Shown here: in pieces, positions 52,450 to 60,532 of the stretch
Layout: each line of letters opens with the position of its first letter
Numbering within the stretch: the first letter of the stretch is position 1
Origin: Acidobacteriota bacterium
GTDB lineage: Bacteria; Acidobacteriota; Thermoanaerobaculia; Multivoradales; J023
Reading direction: 5' to 3'
Length of the DNA: 60,917 bases
Assembly (NCBI GenBank): GCA_039027015.1
Contig: JBCCLG010000001.1
Location: forward strand, 1-60,917
The notes under the pieces: model-generated
Database searches by the model: none
What the model was told of the DNA's origin: nothing
What the model saw: only the letters and a program-made list of their open reading frames with translations
Made by a program: the position numbers and the translations under genes

Positions 52450-52884
52450 TCAAGCTCCGTCTTCTTCCACTGTCTGCTGCTCAGACAGCAGATAGATCAC
52501 CTCGACCTTGGCTTGTTTGAGCGAGTCGATCACGTTGTCGATGTGCTGGTATTGAGCTTTCTTATGGGCTTTGAGAATCACCGGCCTTTGCGGAAACTCG
52601 GCAACCAGGTTGGCGGCGAAGGTCGCGACATCATCCGCGCGCTGGACGGGCGTCGACATATATTCACCGTTGGTGACCCGGACCTCGCCCCCCTCCGTCA
52701 CCGAGATGACGGCAGCGATTTTGGGCACCTCGAACCGGAGTTCCGTCTTCGGCAGTTCCACCTGCGTTTTGTCTTTCTCGAAGGTGATCGTCACCATGAA
52801 GAAGACGATCAGCAGGAAGGCGATGTCCGCCATGGAGGCGGTCGGAATGACCGATTGCTGCTCGTGACGTGCTTTCAGGCGCAT
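52450..52884 (-). CDS. exbD: ExbD/TolR-family biopolymer transport protein (second copy)
   Basis: From ATG 52884: MRLKARHEQQSVIPTASMADIAFLLIVFFMVTITF... The upstream 54 codons of the track ORF overlap exbB and look spurious. Confidence 0.85.
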   Translation of the reverse strand: MRLKARHEQQSVIPTASMADIAFLLIVFFMVTITFEKDKTQVELPKTELRFEVPKIAAVISVTEGGEVRVTNGEYMSTPVQRADDVATFAANLVAEFPQRPVILKAHKKAQYQHIDNVIDSLKQAKVEVIYLLSEQQTVEEDGA

Positions 52885-52957
52885 ATTTTCAGGCTCGATT
52901 TCCCTTGGTTCAGGAGGGGGGTGCCCCGGCCGCGCTGCGACCAGCGCGGCCTCGGGA

Positions 52958-53662
52958 TCACTTCTTCTTCTCGGCGCTCGCGGCGACCGTGGCGGTGGCG
53001 CCGGCGCCAGCCTGCTCGGCGGTGATTCCACTGCGCTCCATCTCACCGAAGGTTTCGAGGAGCATGTTCGTGGAGGTCTCGATGTCGCGCACCGACTTGT
53101 TGATGCTGTTCATGAAGAAGTTGTAGGCCAGCTGAGTCGGGATGGCGACGAGAAGACCCGCAGCCGTGGTCACCAGGGCTTCGGAGATACCGGCGGCCAC
53201 CGCGCCCGGGTTGGACAGGCCCTGCTCGGCGAGAGCCTCGAAGGACTGAATCATGCCGGTCACCGTGCCGAAGAAGCCGAGGAGAGGGGCGACGTTGGCG
53301 ACCGAGGCGAGGATAACGAGACGCTTTTCGAGGCGGGCCATCTCGTGAAGAGCGGCGGTCTCGATCGTCTTTTCGATGTCCTCTTTAGGCTGGCCATATT
53401 TCAGCAGGCCCGCCTTCATGATCGAAGCGAGGGGGCCTCGATATTGTTCGCAGATCTTGATCGCGTCGCGCAGCGATTTATTGACGATGAGCGCCTTCCG
53501 CAGCTTGGCAAGGAACTCATTGACGTTGATTTGAGCTTTCCGCAGGACGATCCATCTCTCGACCATGACCGCGAGGGCGATGACCGAGAAGAACAGAAGG
53601 ACCCACATCACCGGGCCGCCCTGATTCATGAATTTCCAAAAAGTTCCGCCAATGTCCGGCAA
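52958..53662 (-). CDS. exbB: MotA/TolQ/ExbB proton-channel family protein
   Basis: TTG start preceded by AAGGAGGA. ...GGPVMWVLLFFSVIALAVMVERWIVL...LASVANVAPLLGFFGTVTGMIQSF...ISEALVTTAAGLLVAIP. Confidence 0.9.
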   Translation of the reverse strand: MPDIGGTFWKFMNQGGPVMWVLLFFSVIALAVMVERWIVLRKAQINVNEFLAKLRKALIVNKSLRDAIKICEQYRGPLASIMKAGLLKYGQPKEDIEKTIETAALHEMARLEKRLVILASVANVAPLLGFFGTVTGMIQSFEALAEQGLSNPGAVAAGISEALVTTAAGLLVAIPTQLAYNFFMNSINKSVRDIETSTNMLLETFGEMERSGITAEQAGAGATATVAASAEKKK

Positions 53663-53864
53663 CGTTCCTTCCTCCTTGGAATGCTTGGATTCGCCGACTA
53701 CGAATCCAGTTCCAATTTTTTTTGCTGACCGTCTCGTCGTCGTCCAGCTCTTTGTGTCGAACGGTCTGCCGTGCGTGACGGGCGGACCCTCGGCAACGTG
53801 TTTCCGGTTCTAGAGGCAAGAGCCACCGGCCCGCACCTCACCCTATAGAGTCGACTGAGAGCGC

Positions 53865-53893
53865 ATGTTAGCACGCGCCCAGAACCCGGTCAA
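53865..53893 (-). promoter_or_regulatory. Sigma-70-like promoter candidate (TTGACC-N17-TAACAT) upstream of exbB
   Basis: Read on the minus strand. It would give a ~190-nt leader before exbB. Pattern match only. Confidence 0.3.
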
Positions 53894-53933
53894 GAATCGT
53901 TCGGAGGGGTAAAAACCCTTTGCTGTCAATATT

Positions 53934-54444
53934 TTAGCGCCACTTCTGCGCCCCTGATACGAGCCGGTCGAGACGGCTTCTCTGAGCCAGGCAAAGGGCC
54001 ACCGCGAGGGCGTCACCAGCGTCGGCGCTCAGCCCCTCTTCACCCAGCCCGAGGATCAGACGAACCATCCGGGAGACCTGCTCTTTATCCGCCCGGCCGC
54101 TGCCCGTGACCGCGGACTTAATCTCTGCAGGCGTGTACTCGTACAGCTCGATGCCCGCACGGCCGATCACCGCCACCAGCGCGCCGCGCGCCTGGGCGAG
54201 AACGATCAGGGATCGCGGGTTGATGCCGTGAAAGAGGGATTCGAGCGCCACCGAATCCGGTCGATGGCGTTCGATCAGGCTCTCGGCCTGCGCCGAGAGC
54301 AGCGCCAGGCGCTCTACGAGCGGCGCCTTGGCGGGCAGGGTCCAGCGCCCGTGGGCGACGGGCTTCCATTGAGACCCCTTCCGCTCGACGACGCCAAAGC
54401 CGGTGAAGCGACTGCCCGGATCGAGGCCGAGGATCCGGCAGCAT
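53934..54444 (-). CDS. ruvC: Holliday-junction resolvase RuvC; apparent 1-nt frame disruption at codons 3-4, or a non-canonical start
   Basis: My translation of the frame ending at 53934 gives RILGLDPGSRFTGFGVVERKGSQWKPVAHG...DSVALESLFHGINPRS...TPAEIKSAVTGSGRADKEQV...DAGDALAVALC. The only ATG (54444, 9 nt after the yebC stop) is in another frame: ATG CTG CCG g ATC CTC. Confidence 0.8.
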
Positions 54445-54453
54445 CGGCGGCCG

Positions 54454-55200
54454 TCAGCCAGCGTGCGCCTCCAGCAGCGCTTCGTCTATCGAAACGTTCG
54501 ACCAAACATTCTGCACGTCGTCGAGATCCTCGAGCGCCTCGAGCAGGCGCAGCACCTGGGGCAGCTTTTCGGCCACCTCGGTGGTGGTCGAGGGGATCAT
54601 CGCCAGCTCGCCAGACTCCGGCTGCAGCTCGCGGTCCGCCAGCTGCTGCTTGATGTCGGCATAGGAACCCGGATCCGTCAACAGCTCATAGCCGCTCTCT
54701 TCCATGGTGACGTCGTCGACCTCGAGATCGAGCGCCAGCTCCATGAAGGCCTCTTCGTCCATGGTCGAGGCCTCAAACTGGAAATAGCCGCGCTTTTCAA
54801 AGAGATAGCTGACGCAGCCGTTCTCGCCGAGGTTGCCGCCGTGCTTGCTGAACAGGTGCCTGACCTCGCCCACCGTTCGATTGCGATTGTCGGTCATGGT
54901 CTCCACCATCACCGCCACGCCGCCGGGGCCGTAGCCCTCGTAGGTCACCTCTTCATAGTTGGCGCCGTCGAGGTCTCCGCTGCCCTTTGCGACGGCTTTA
55001 TCGATCTTGTCGTTGGGCACGTTGCTGCCCTTGCACTCCTGAATCGCGGCGCGCAGCCTCGGGTTGCCTCCCGGGTCGGGGCCGCCCTGCTTCGCCGCGA
55101 CCATGACCTCGCGCAGCAGCTTGGTGAACAGCTTCCCGCGCTTGGCGTCTTGAGCGCCCTTTCGACGCTTGATGTTCGCCCATTTACTATGGCCAGCCAT
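54454..55200 (-). CDS. yebC: YebC/PmpR-family DNA-binding transcriptional regulator
   Basis: MAGHSKWANIKRRKGAQDAKRGKLFTKLLREVMVAAKQGGPDPGGNPRLRAAI... Confidence 0.92.
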   Translation of the reverse strand: MAGHSKWANIKRRKGAQDAKRGKLFTKLLREVMVAAKQGGPDPGGNPRLRAAIQECKGSNVPNDKIDKAVAKGSGDLDGANYEEVTYEGYGPGGVAVMVETMTDNRNRTVGEVRHLFSKHGGNLGENGCVSYLFEKRGYFQFEASTMDEEAFMELALDLEVDDVTMEESGYELLTDPGSYADIKQQLADRELQPESGELAMIPSTTTEVAEKLPQVLRLLEALEDLDDVQNVWSNVSIDEALLEAHAG

Positions 55201-55524
55201 GCTCGACTCCTCTGCCGCCGCCGGTGCGGTACAATTCCTTCCGTCGATTGGGATTCTCGAACTCCGCGGTGCGACGGACTACCGGTCCGGAGCCTCAAAA
55301 CTCAGGCCCCGCCATCGTCGGGGAGCCGCATCATTCTATCAACAACCGCTAACCCACATTTCTCGCGACCGGTCACGCAAGCGCCCTTTCGGACCTGCCC
55401 CTCGCTGCTTCGCGGTGCCGGATCAGGCAGCCGGTTTCGGGACCTCGAGACCCCGATCGGGCACGCCAAAGACTCACGTCACCCACGGAATCTGGTCCTC
55501 ACGCCTCGGAGTTAACAACGGGAC

Positions 55525-58500
55525 ATGTCTCTGATCCTCGTCGTCGAAAAAGACGCAGGCTTCGCCAACCGCATCGCCTCCTGTTTGCGGGGTCAAGGCT
55601 ATTCCGTCGACGCCGTCACCGACTGCCAAACGGGTCTCCAGCAGGCGGCCCTGCGTTCTCCTGCGCTGGTGCTGGTGAGCGGGGTTTTGCCCGGGGCAGC
55701 CGACCTGCTCTCCCGCTACTCGGCAGAGCGGGGAGGGCCGGGATCGGTCGTGCTCGTGCCGGCCCAGATGGCCGACCAGATGAAGGCTGAGCCATTCGGC
55801 GCGGATCACCTGCTGCCCAACCCGGTGCCCGAGGCCGAGCTGTTGAGCATCGCCCGGCAGAGGATCTCCAGCAGGCTGCCCGAGCCTCCCGACCCGCCAC
55901 TTCTCCCCAACGTCGGCGCGCAGCTGACCTCGGAAGAAATCTTTGGCGATGTCCTCGCCGAGGTCGAGGCCGATGCCAACGTGCGGCTGACGTCTCCCTC
56001 GGGCTCGCCCTCCCACTCTCCGCCGCCCGCAGACCCGCGGGGCCGGGCGGCTTCCCTGGCGCCTCCTAGACAGGGCCGTCCCGCGGATTCCGTCAAGCCC
56101 GCGCCCGTCGACGATCCCCTGGCCACCGGCCTGATGCCCGCCTTGGGAGCGGAGGAGACGGTCAAACCCAGCGCACCGGCCAAGCCGCCGGAGACTGCGG
56201 GCAGCGCGCGGCGCCAGGCCGACGACGACATCGATCGCAAGCTCGAAGAGACCCTCTCGGGCTTCTTCCCCGATAAGCTTCGCAAGCCCTCTTCCAAGGA
56301 CACGGCAAAGCCCAAAAAGGCGCCGGCCCCGAGCGCCAACGAAATCGAAGACCTGCTCGATAAAACCCTGTCCTCGCTGGAGATCCCCTCACTCGCCAAG
56401 AAGCCTCGCCGCGAGGCCCCGCCGGCCCCCAAGGCTCCAGCCGTAGCGCCCCCCCAGGCACCCGCGGGCCTGGAAGCGCCCGGTTCTCCGGCTCCGGCGA
56501 CATCGGCTCCGGCAGCCTCCCGGCCCGATCCGGTCGAGGCTCCGCCCCAGCCCTCTGCGCCCCCCGTCTCCTCCTTCTCGCCGCCTAATTTTGGAGCGGC
56601 TGCCGGGTCCGCAGCGCCGGCGGCTGCAGGTGCCGGGTCGCCGGCGGGAGCCACCGAAGGCAGCTTCGACCCAGCGGGCGGCGAGCGAGCCTTTGAATTT
56701 CAGTCGCCGGCCGAGACCGTTCGGCTCGAGAGGACGTCGATTGATTCTGAGGTCTCGCCAGCTCCCGCAGCGAGCTTCGCGGATCCTCCGCCGCCGCAGG
56801 CTCCCTCACCCAGCGCCATCGAGGCTGAAGTTCCCAATGCCGGCATCCCGCGCGACGCCGCGGCGCCAGCGCTACCCGTCCCCGCTTCCGAGGACTCGGG
56901 AACCTTCAACCTGCCGTCCATGGAGCCCCTCGAGCCCCTGACGCCCGACTCCTGGGCCGCCGTTTCCGAGCCGTCTGGCGCGCCGGCGCCGCAGGACAGC
57001 GCCCAGTCCTTCAGCTCCTTCGCCACGCCGGCGCTGACGGCTCCCGATCTTGAGGCTCCCAGCCTCGATATTCCGGTACTCGACCCCCCCAACCTCGAGC
57101 CCGCCGACCCTACGGCCACCGGCGGCTGGTCCGTCTCGAGCTTCACCGAGATCGACGATCCCGCTCCAACCCTCGCCTCCCTCGACTCCGGAGGCCTTGA
57201 AGCCGGCGCCAAGCCGGAATCTCCCGGGAGTCAAGAGATCGCCCCCTCGGAGGAGTATCCGACGGACTTCGCCAGCGCCTTCTCCCTGCCCGGCCCCTCA
57301 GAGCCCTCCCTGCCCGGCGTCGCCGCGCCCGAAGACTTCACGTCGCCGCCGCCGGCCTCCGACGAGACCTCGACGGCCGAGCCGCCCGAGTCCTTCGAAT
57401 CGAGCGGATTTTCTCCTTCGCCGTTCTCTCCAGACCCTACCGAGACGATCGATCCGGAGGATACCGAGGGGCTCCAGCGCACCCTCGACAACGTCCTGCA
57501 GATCCGCGATGGCGCGGCGGCTTCGAGCAAGAAGGCTGGTGTGCCCTTCGGCGACTACCGCCTGCTCGAACGCGTTGCCGTGGGCGGTATGGCCGAGGTG
57601 TGGCGAGCCCAGAGGCGGGGCGTCGAGGGATTTCAGAAGACCGTCGCGATCAAAAAGATCCTCTCGCACCTCACCGGCAGCAACGACTTCGTCACCATGT
57701 TCATCGACGAAGCCAAGCTCGCCGCCCAGCTGAATCACGCCAACATCATTCAGATCTACGACCTCGGCAAGGTCGACGAGGACTTCTTCATCGCGATGGA
57801 GTTCGTCGACGGCAAGGATCTGCGCTCGATTCAGAACCGCCTCAAGGACCTCGACGAGAAGCTCCCCCTGGGGCTGTGCCTGCTGTGCGTCGCGGCGCTC
57901 GCCCGCGCCCTCGACTACGCCCACCGCAAGCGCGATTTCGACAACCAGGACCTGGGCCTGGTCCACCGCGATGTTTCGCCCCAAAACGTGCTGATCAGCT
58001 ACGAGGGCGAAATCAAGCTGTGCGACTTCGGCATCGTCAAAGCCGTGGCGAAAGCGAGCACCACTCAGATGGGCGCGCTCAAGGGCAAGCTCCAGTACAT
58101 GTCCCCCGAGCAGGCCTGGGGCAAAGAGGTCGACGCACGCTCGGACATCTTCTCGCTCGGCTCGGTGCTCTTCGAGACCCTGACCGGCGAAAGGCTGTTC
58201 ACCGGCGATAGCGAGATCGGCGTTCTCGACGCGGTGCGCGACTGTCGCATTCGCTCGCCCAGATCCCTCGATCCGAGCATTCCTCCGGAGGTCGAGGCCA
58301 TCGTCATGAAGGCCCTCGCCAAGACTCCTGAGACCCGCTATCAAACCGCGGGCGAGCTCGATCGAGACATCGCAGCGGTTCTCGAAACGATGCGCCCAGC
58401 CGTTAGCGCCGGAGACCTGGCGGCCCTGATGGAGCGCCTTTTCGGCCCGAGGATGGTGAGCGGGGCCCAGGCTGGAGAGCCGGCCCTCGCCGAGGCCGCG

Positions 58501-59103
58501 CCGGAGGACCCGCCCTCGGCGGCCGCTGCCGCCGCGGCGGCTACCCCCGTCAGCGCGCTGGCGCCGCCGGATCCGCCTGCGAATCCGGCTAACGCGGAGC
58601 ACGATAATGAACCGAAGGGCGCCGGAGGCGTCTCCCGCACCTGGCTGATCGCGGCCATCATCCTGCTGGTGCTCGCGGCAGTCCTCGGCGTTCTGTGGAT
58701 GAACCTCGGCGGAGCGAACCGCGAGTCGACCGAACCGGCGGCGCCTCCCGCCGCCGCCCAGGAACAGCCGGCACCCGCACCCGCCGCGGGAGCGCCACAG
58801 GAAGTCGACGAAGGAACCGAGGCCGGCGAGGGCGCGGTGCAGGAGGAAGACCCCGCCCAGTCTCCGGATTCTTCGAACGCCCCGGCGACACCCGAGGACG
58901 CCGCCACCCCGGAGGATTCCGCGGCCGGTGGCGAGGTCGACTCCGTCAAGCAGCTGGTCGAGGAGGCCCTCGAGTCCCAGCAGCAGCAGCTGGCCGAGGA
59001 CTTTGAGGCTCAAAAGAGGCGCCTTGAGGCCGAGATCGCCCGGGTTCAGAGCGAAGCAGCCGAGGAGGAAAGCGACGACGAAAGCGGCGGTGGAGACGGC
59101 TGA
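55525..59103 (+). CDS. Multidomain Ser/Thr protein kinase: degenerate receiver-like domain, ~550-aa Pro/Ala/Ser-rich disordered linker, Hanks-type kinase, TM helix and acidic coiled-coil tail
   Basis: The N-terminus MSLILVVEKDAGF...ALVLVSGVLPG...VVLVPAQ...LLPNP is REC-like but lacks the Asp/Thr/Lys triad. Kinase motifs: VAVGGMAEVW, VAIKKI, HRDVSPQNVL, CDFGIVK, YMSPEQ. The TM helix WLIAAIILLVLAAVLGVLWMNL is encoded at ~58640..58708. Confidence 0.85.
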   Translation: MSLILVVEKDAGFANRIASCLRGQGYSVDAVTDCQTGLQQAALRSPALVLVSGVLPGAADLLSRYSAERGGPGSVVLVPAQMADQMKAEPFGADHLLPNPVPEAELLSIARQRISSRLPEPPDPPLLPNVGAQLTSEEIFGDVLAEVEADANVRLTSPSGSPSHSPPPADPRGRAASLAPPRQGRPADSVKPAPVDDPLATGLMPALGAEETVKPSAPAKPPETAGSARRQADDDIDRKLEETLSGFFPDKLRKPSSKDTAKPKKAPAPSANEIEDLLDKTLSSLEIPSLAKKPRREAPPAPKAPAVAPPQAPAGLEAPGSPAPATSAPAASRPDPVEAPPQPSAPPVSSFSPPNFGAAAGSAAPAAAGAGSPAGATEGSFDPAGGERAFEFQSPAETVRLERTSIDSEVSPAPAASFADPPPPQAPSPSAIEAEVPNAGIPRDAAAPALPVPASEDSGTFNLPSMEPLEPLTPDSWAAVSEPSGAPAPQDSAQSFSSFATPALTAPDLEAPSLDIPVLDPPNLEPADPTATGGWSVSSFTEIDDPAPTLASLDSGGLEAGAKPESPGSQEIAPSEEYPTDFASAFSLPGPSEPSLPGVAAPEDFTSPPPASDETSTAEPPESFESSGFSPSPFSPDPTETIDPEDTEGLQRTLDNVLQIRDGAAASSKKAGVPFGDYRLLERVAVGGMAEVWRAQRRGVEGFQKTVAIKKILSHLTGSNDFVTMFIDEAKLAAQLNHANIIQIYDLGKVDEDFFIAMEFVDGKDLRSIQNRLKDLDEKLPLGLCLLCVAALARALDYAHRKRDFDNQDLGLVHRDVSPQNVLISYEGEIKLCDFGIVKAVAKASTTQMGALKGKLQYMSPEQAWGKEVDARSDIFSLGSVLFETLTGERLFTGDSEIGVLDAVRDCRIRSPRSLDPSIPPEVEAIVMKALAKTPETRYQTAGELDRDIAAVLETMRPAVSAGDLAALMERLFGPRMVSGAQAGEPALAEAAPEDPPSAAAAAAAATPVSALAPPDPPANPANAEHDNEPKGAGGVSRTWLIAAIILLVLAAVLGVLWMNLGGANRESTEPAAPPAAAQEQPAPAPAAGAPQEVDEGTEAGEGAVQEEDPAQSPDSSNAPATPEDAATPEDSAAGGEVDSVKQLVEEALESQQQQLAEDFEAQKRRLEAEIARVQSEAAEEESDDESGGGDG

Positions 59104-59317
59104 GTTCGATTCGAGCAGCCGCGCTTGTCAGTCAGCTTCAAGCCGAGTATCCTCCCGTCTCTCAGGCACAGCTCGGCTCCCCGAAGTCCGGCCCTTGGGA
59201 CCCTTCGGCAAACTCTGCTCCTCAAGGCAGGAGCCGGCTGCCCCACCACCATCGGTGCCATCCTCGAGTTCGAACGCCAAGGCGCGAAATCGGATGGCTG
59301 CAGCGAGGTAGAGATTC

Positions 59318-59545
59318 ATGTCCCTGAACGACCAGCAGCGGCAGTTCTACGAAAACAGCATGGCCTTGACCAAGCAGGAGATTACCGATCTCGATGCTCA
59401 AATCGAGGAGGAGCTGGCCAAGGTCAAAGATCGCCTGGCCGAGCTGCAGCACGCCAAGAAAGCGGCGCGCGCCATGTATGACGCCGCCTGCATGCGCCTC
59501 GGCGTTCCCAACGATCTCGAGGCAGAGGAAGAAGACGAGGCCTGA
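59318..59545 (+). CDS. Small coiled-coil hypothetical protein (75 aa)
   Basis: GAGGTAGAG lies upstream of the ATG. GC3 is good, and the sequence has heptad-like, acidic character (LTKQEITDLDAQIEEELAKVKDRLAELQHAKK). Confidence 0.5.
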   Translation: MSLNDQQRQFYENSMALTKQEITDLDAQIEEELAKVKDRLAELQHAKKAARAMYDAACMRLGVPNDLEAEEEDEA

Positions 59546-59658
59546 CGCGGCCGCGACCGCCGCGGCGCAAAGCTCCCCTCGGACCTCGAGCAGGGGACAA
59601 GCGGCACCGCGGCCTTGTCGAAGCACCGCGCCCGGGCGCCCCAACCCGAGGATCTGCC

Positions 59659-60507
59659 ATGGCCTGGTTCCGCAAGATCAAAAGACCCAAGCCGGTTCGC
59701 AACGGCGGCAACCGCAGCAAAGTGCCCGAAGGCCTTTGGGTCAGGTGCAGCGACTGCAAGGAAGCCGTCTACTCCAAAGACCTCACCGCTCGGCTGCACA
59801 TTTGCACCAAGTGTGACCATCACTTTCGAATCGGCGCCCGGGAGAGAATCAAGCTGCTGCTCGACGACGGCTGGGAAGAGCTTTTCCAGGACATCTCTCC
59901 CTCCGATCCCTTGGGCTTCAAAGACACCAAGGCCTATAAGGACCGCCTCAAGACCTATCAGCGAAAGCTGGAGCTCAAGGACGCGATGCACGTCATCGCG
60001 GGATCGATCGAGGGCCTACCGGTCATTCTAGGGGTCATGAATTACGCCTTCATGGGCGGCTCCATGGGCTCCGTGGTCGGCGAGAAGGTCACCCTCGCGG
60101 CCGAGGAGGCGCTGCGCCGCAAAGTGCCCCTGGTCGTGGTCTCGGCCTCGGGCGGAGCCCGCATGCAGGAGGGCATCCTCTCCCTGATGCAGATGGCCAA
60201 AATCGCCACCGTCCTCGCCCAGCTGCGCGAGGAGGGTCTGCCCTACATCTCGATCCTGACCGACCCGACCACCGGCGGCGTCACCGCCTCCTTCGCCATG
60301 CTCGGAGACCTGAATATCGCCGAGCCCAAAGCTCTGATCGGCTTCGCCGGCCCTCGGGTCATCGAGCAGACGATCCGCCAGTCGCTGCCCGAAGGCTTCC
60401 AGCGCTCGGAATTTCTGCTCGAGAAGGGTTTTCTTGACATGGTCGTGCCCCGGGATGAGCTGCGCGAAACGCTGCATCGCTGCCTGAGCCATCTCTACGC
60501 CGCCTGA
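59659..60507 (+). CDS. accD: Acetyl-CoA carboxylase carboxyltransferase beta subunit
   Basis: MAWFRKIKRP...VPEGLWVRCSDCKEAVYSKDL...ICTKCDHHFR (Zn ribbon)...FMGGSMGSVVGEK...SASGGARMQEG. Confidence 0.95.
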   Translation: MAWFRKIKRPKPVRNGGNRSKVPEGLWVRCSDCKEAVYSKDLTARLHICTKCDHHFRIGARERIKLLLDDGWEELFQDISPSDPLGFKDTKAYKDRLKTYQRKLELKDAMHVIAGSIEGLPVILGVMNYAFMGGSMGSVVGEKVTLAAEEALRRKVPLVVVSASGGARMQEGILSLMQMAKIATVLAQLREEGLPYISILTDPTTGGVTASFAMLGDLNIAEPKALIGFAGPRVIEQTIRQSLPEGFQRSEFLLEKGFLDMVVPRDELRETLHRCLSHLYAA

Positions 60508-60532
60508 TCCCCGCGGCGGCGGGGAAATCCGC

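Noticed and set aside
54118-54444. 108-aa ORF MLPDPRPRSG... treated as an independent gene
   Set aside because: It is the out-of-frame continuation from the ruvC ATG. The conserved RuvC sequence lies in the neighbouring frame (see the ruvC finding).
54403-55515. 370-aa + ORF opposite yebC. Similar ORFs: 55474..56016 (-), 55806..56654 (-), 57298..59013 (-), 59398..59991 (-) and 60028..60909 (-).
   Set aside because: They are antisense to yebC, the kinase gene and accD/folC, and have no motifs.
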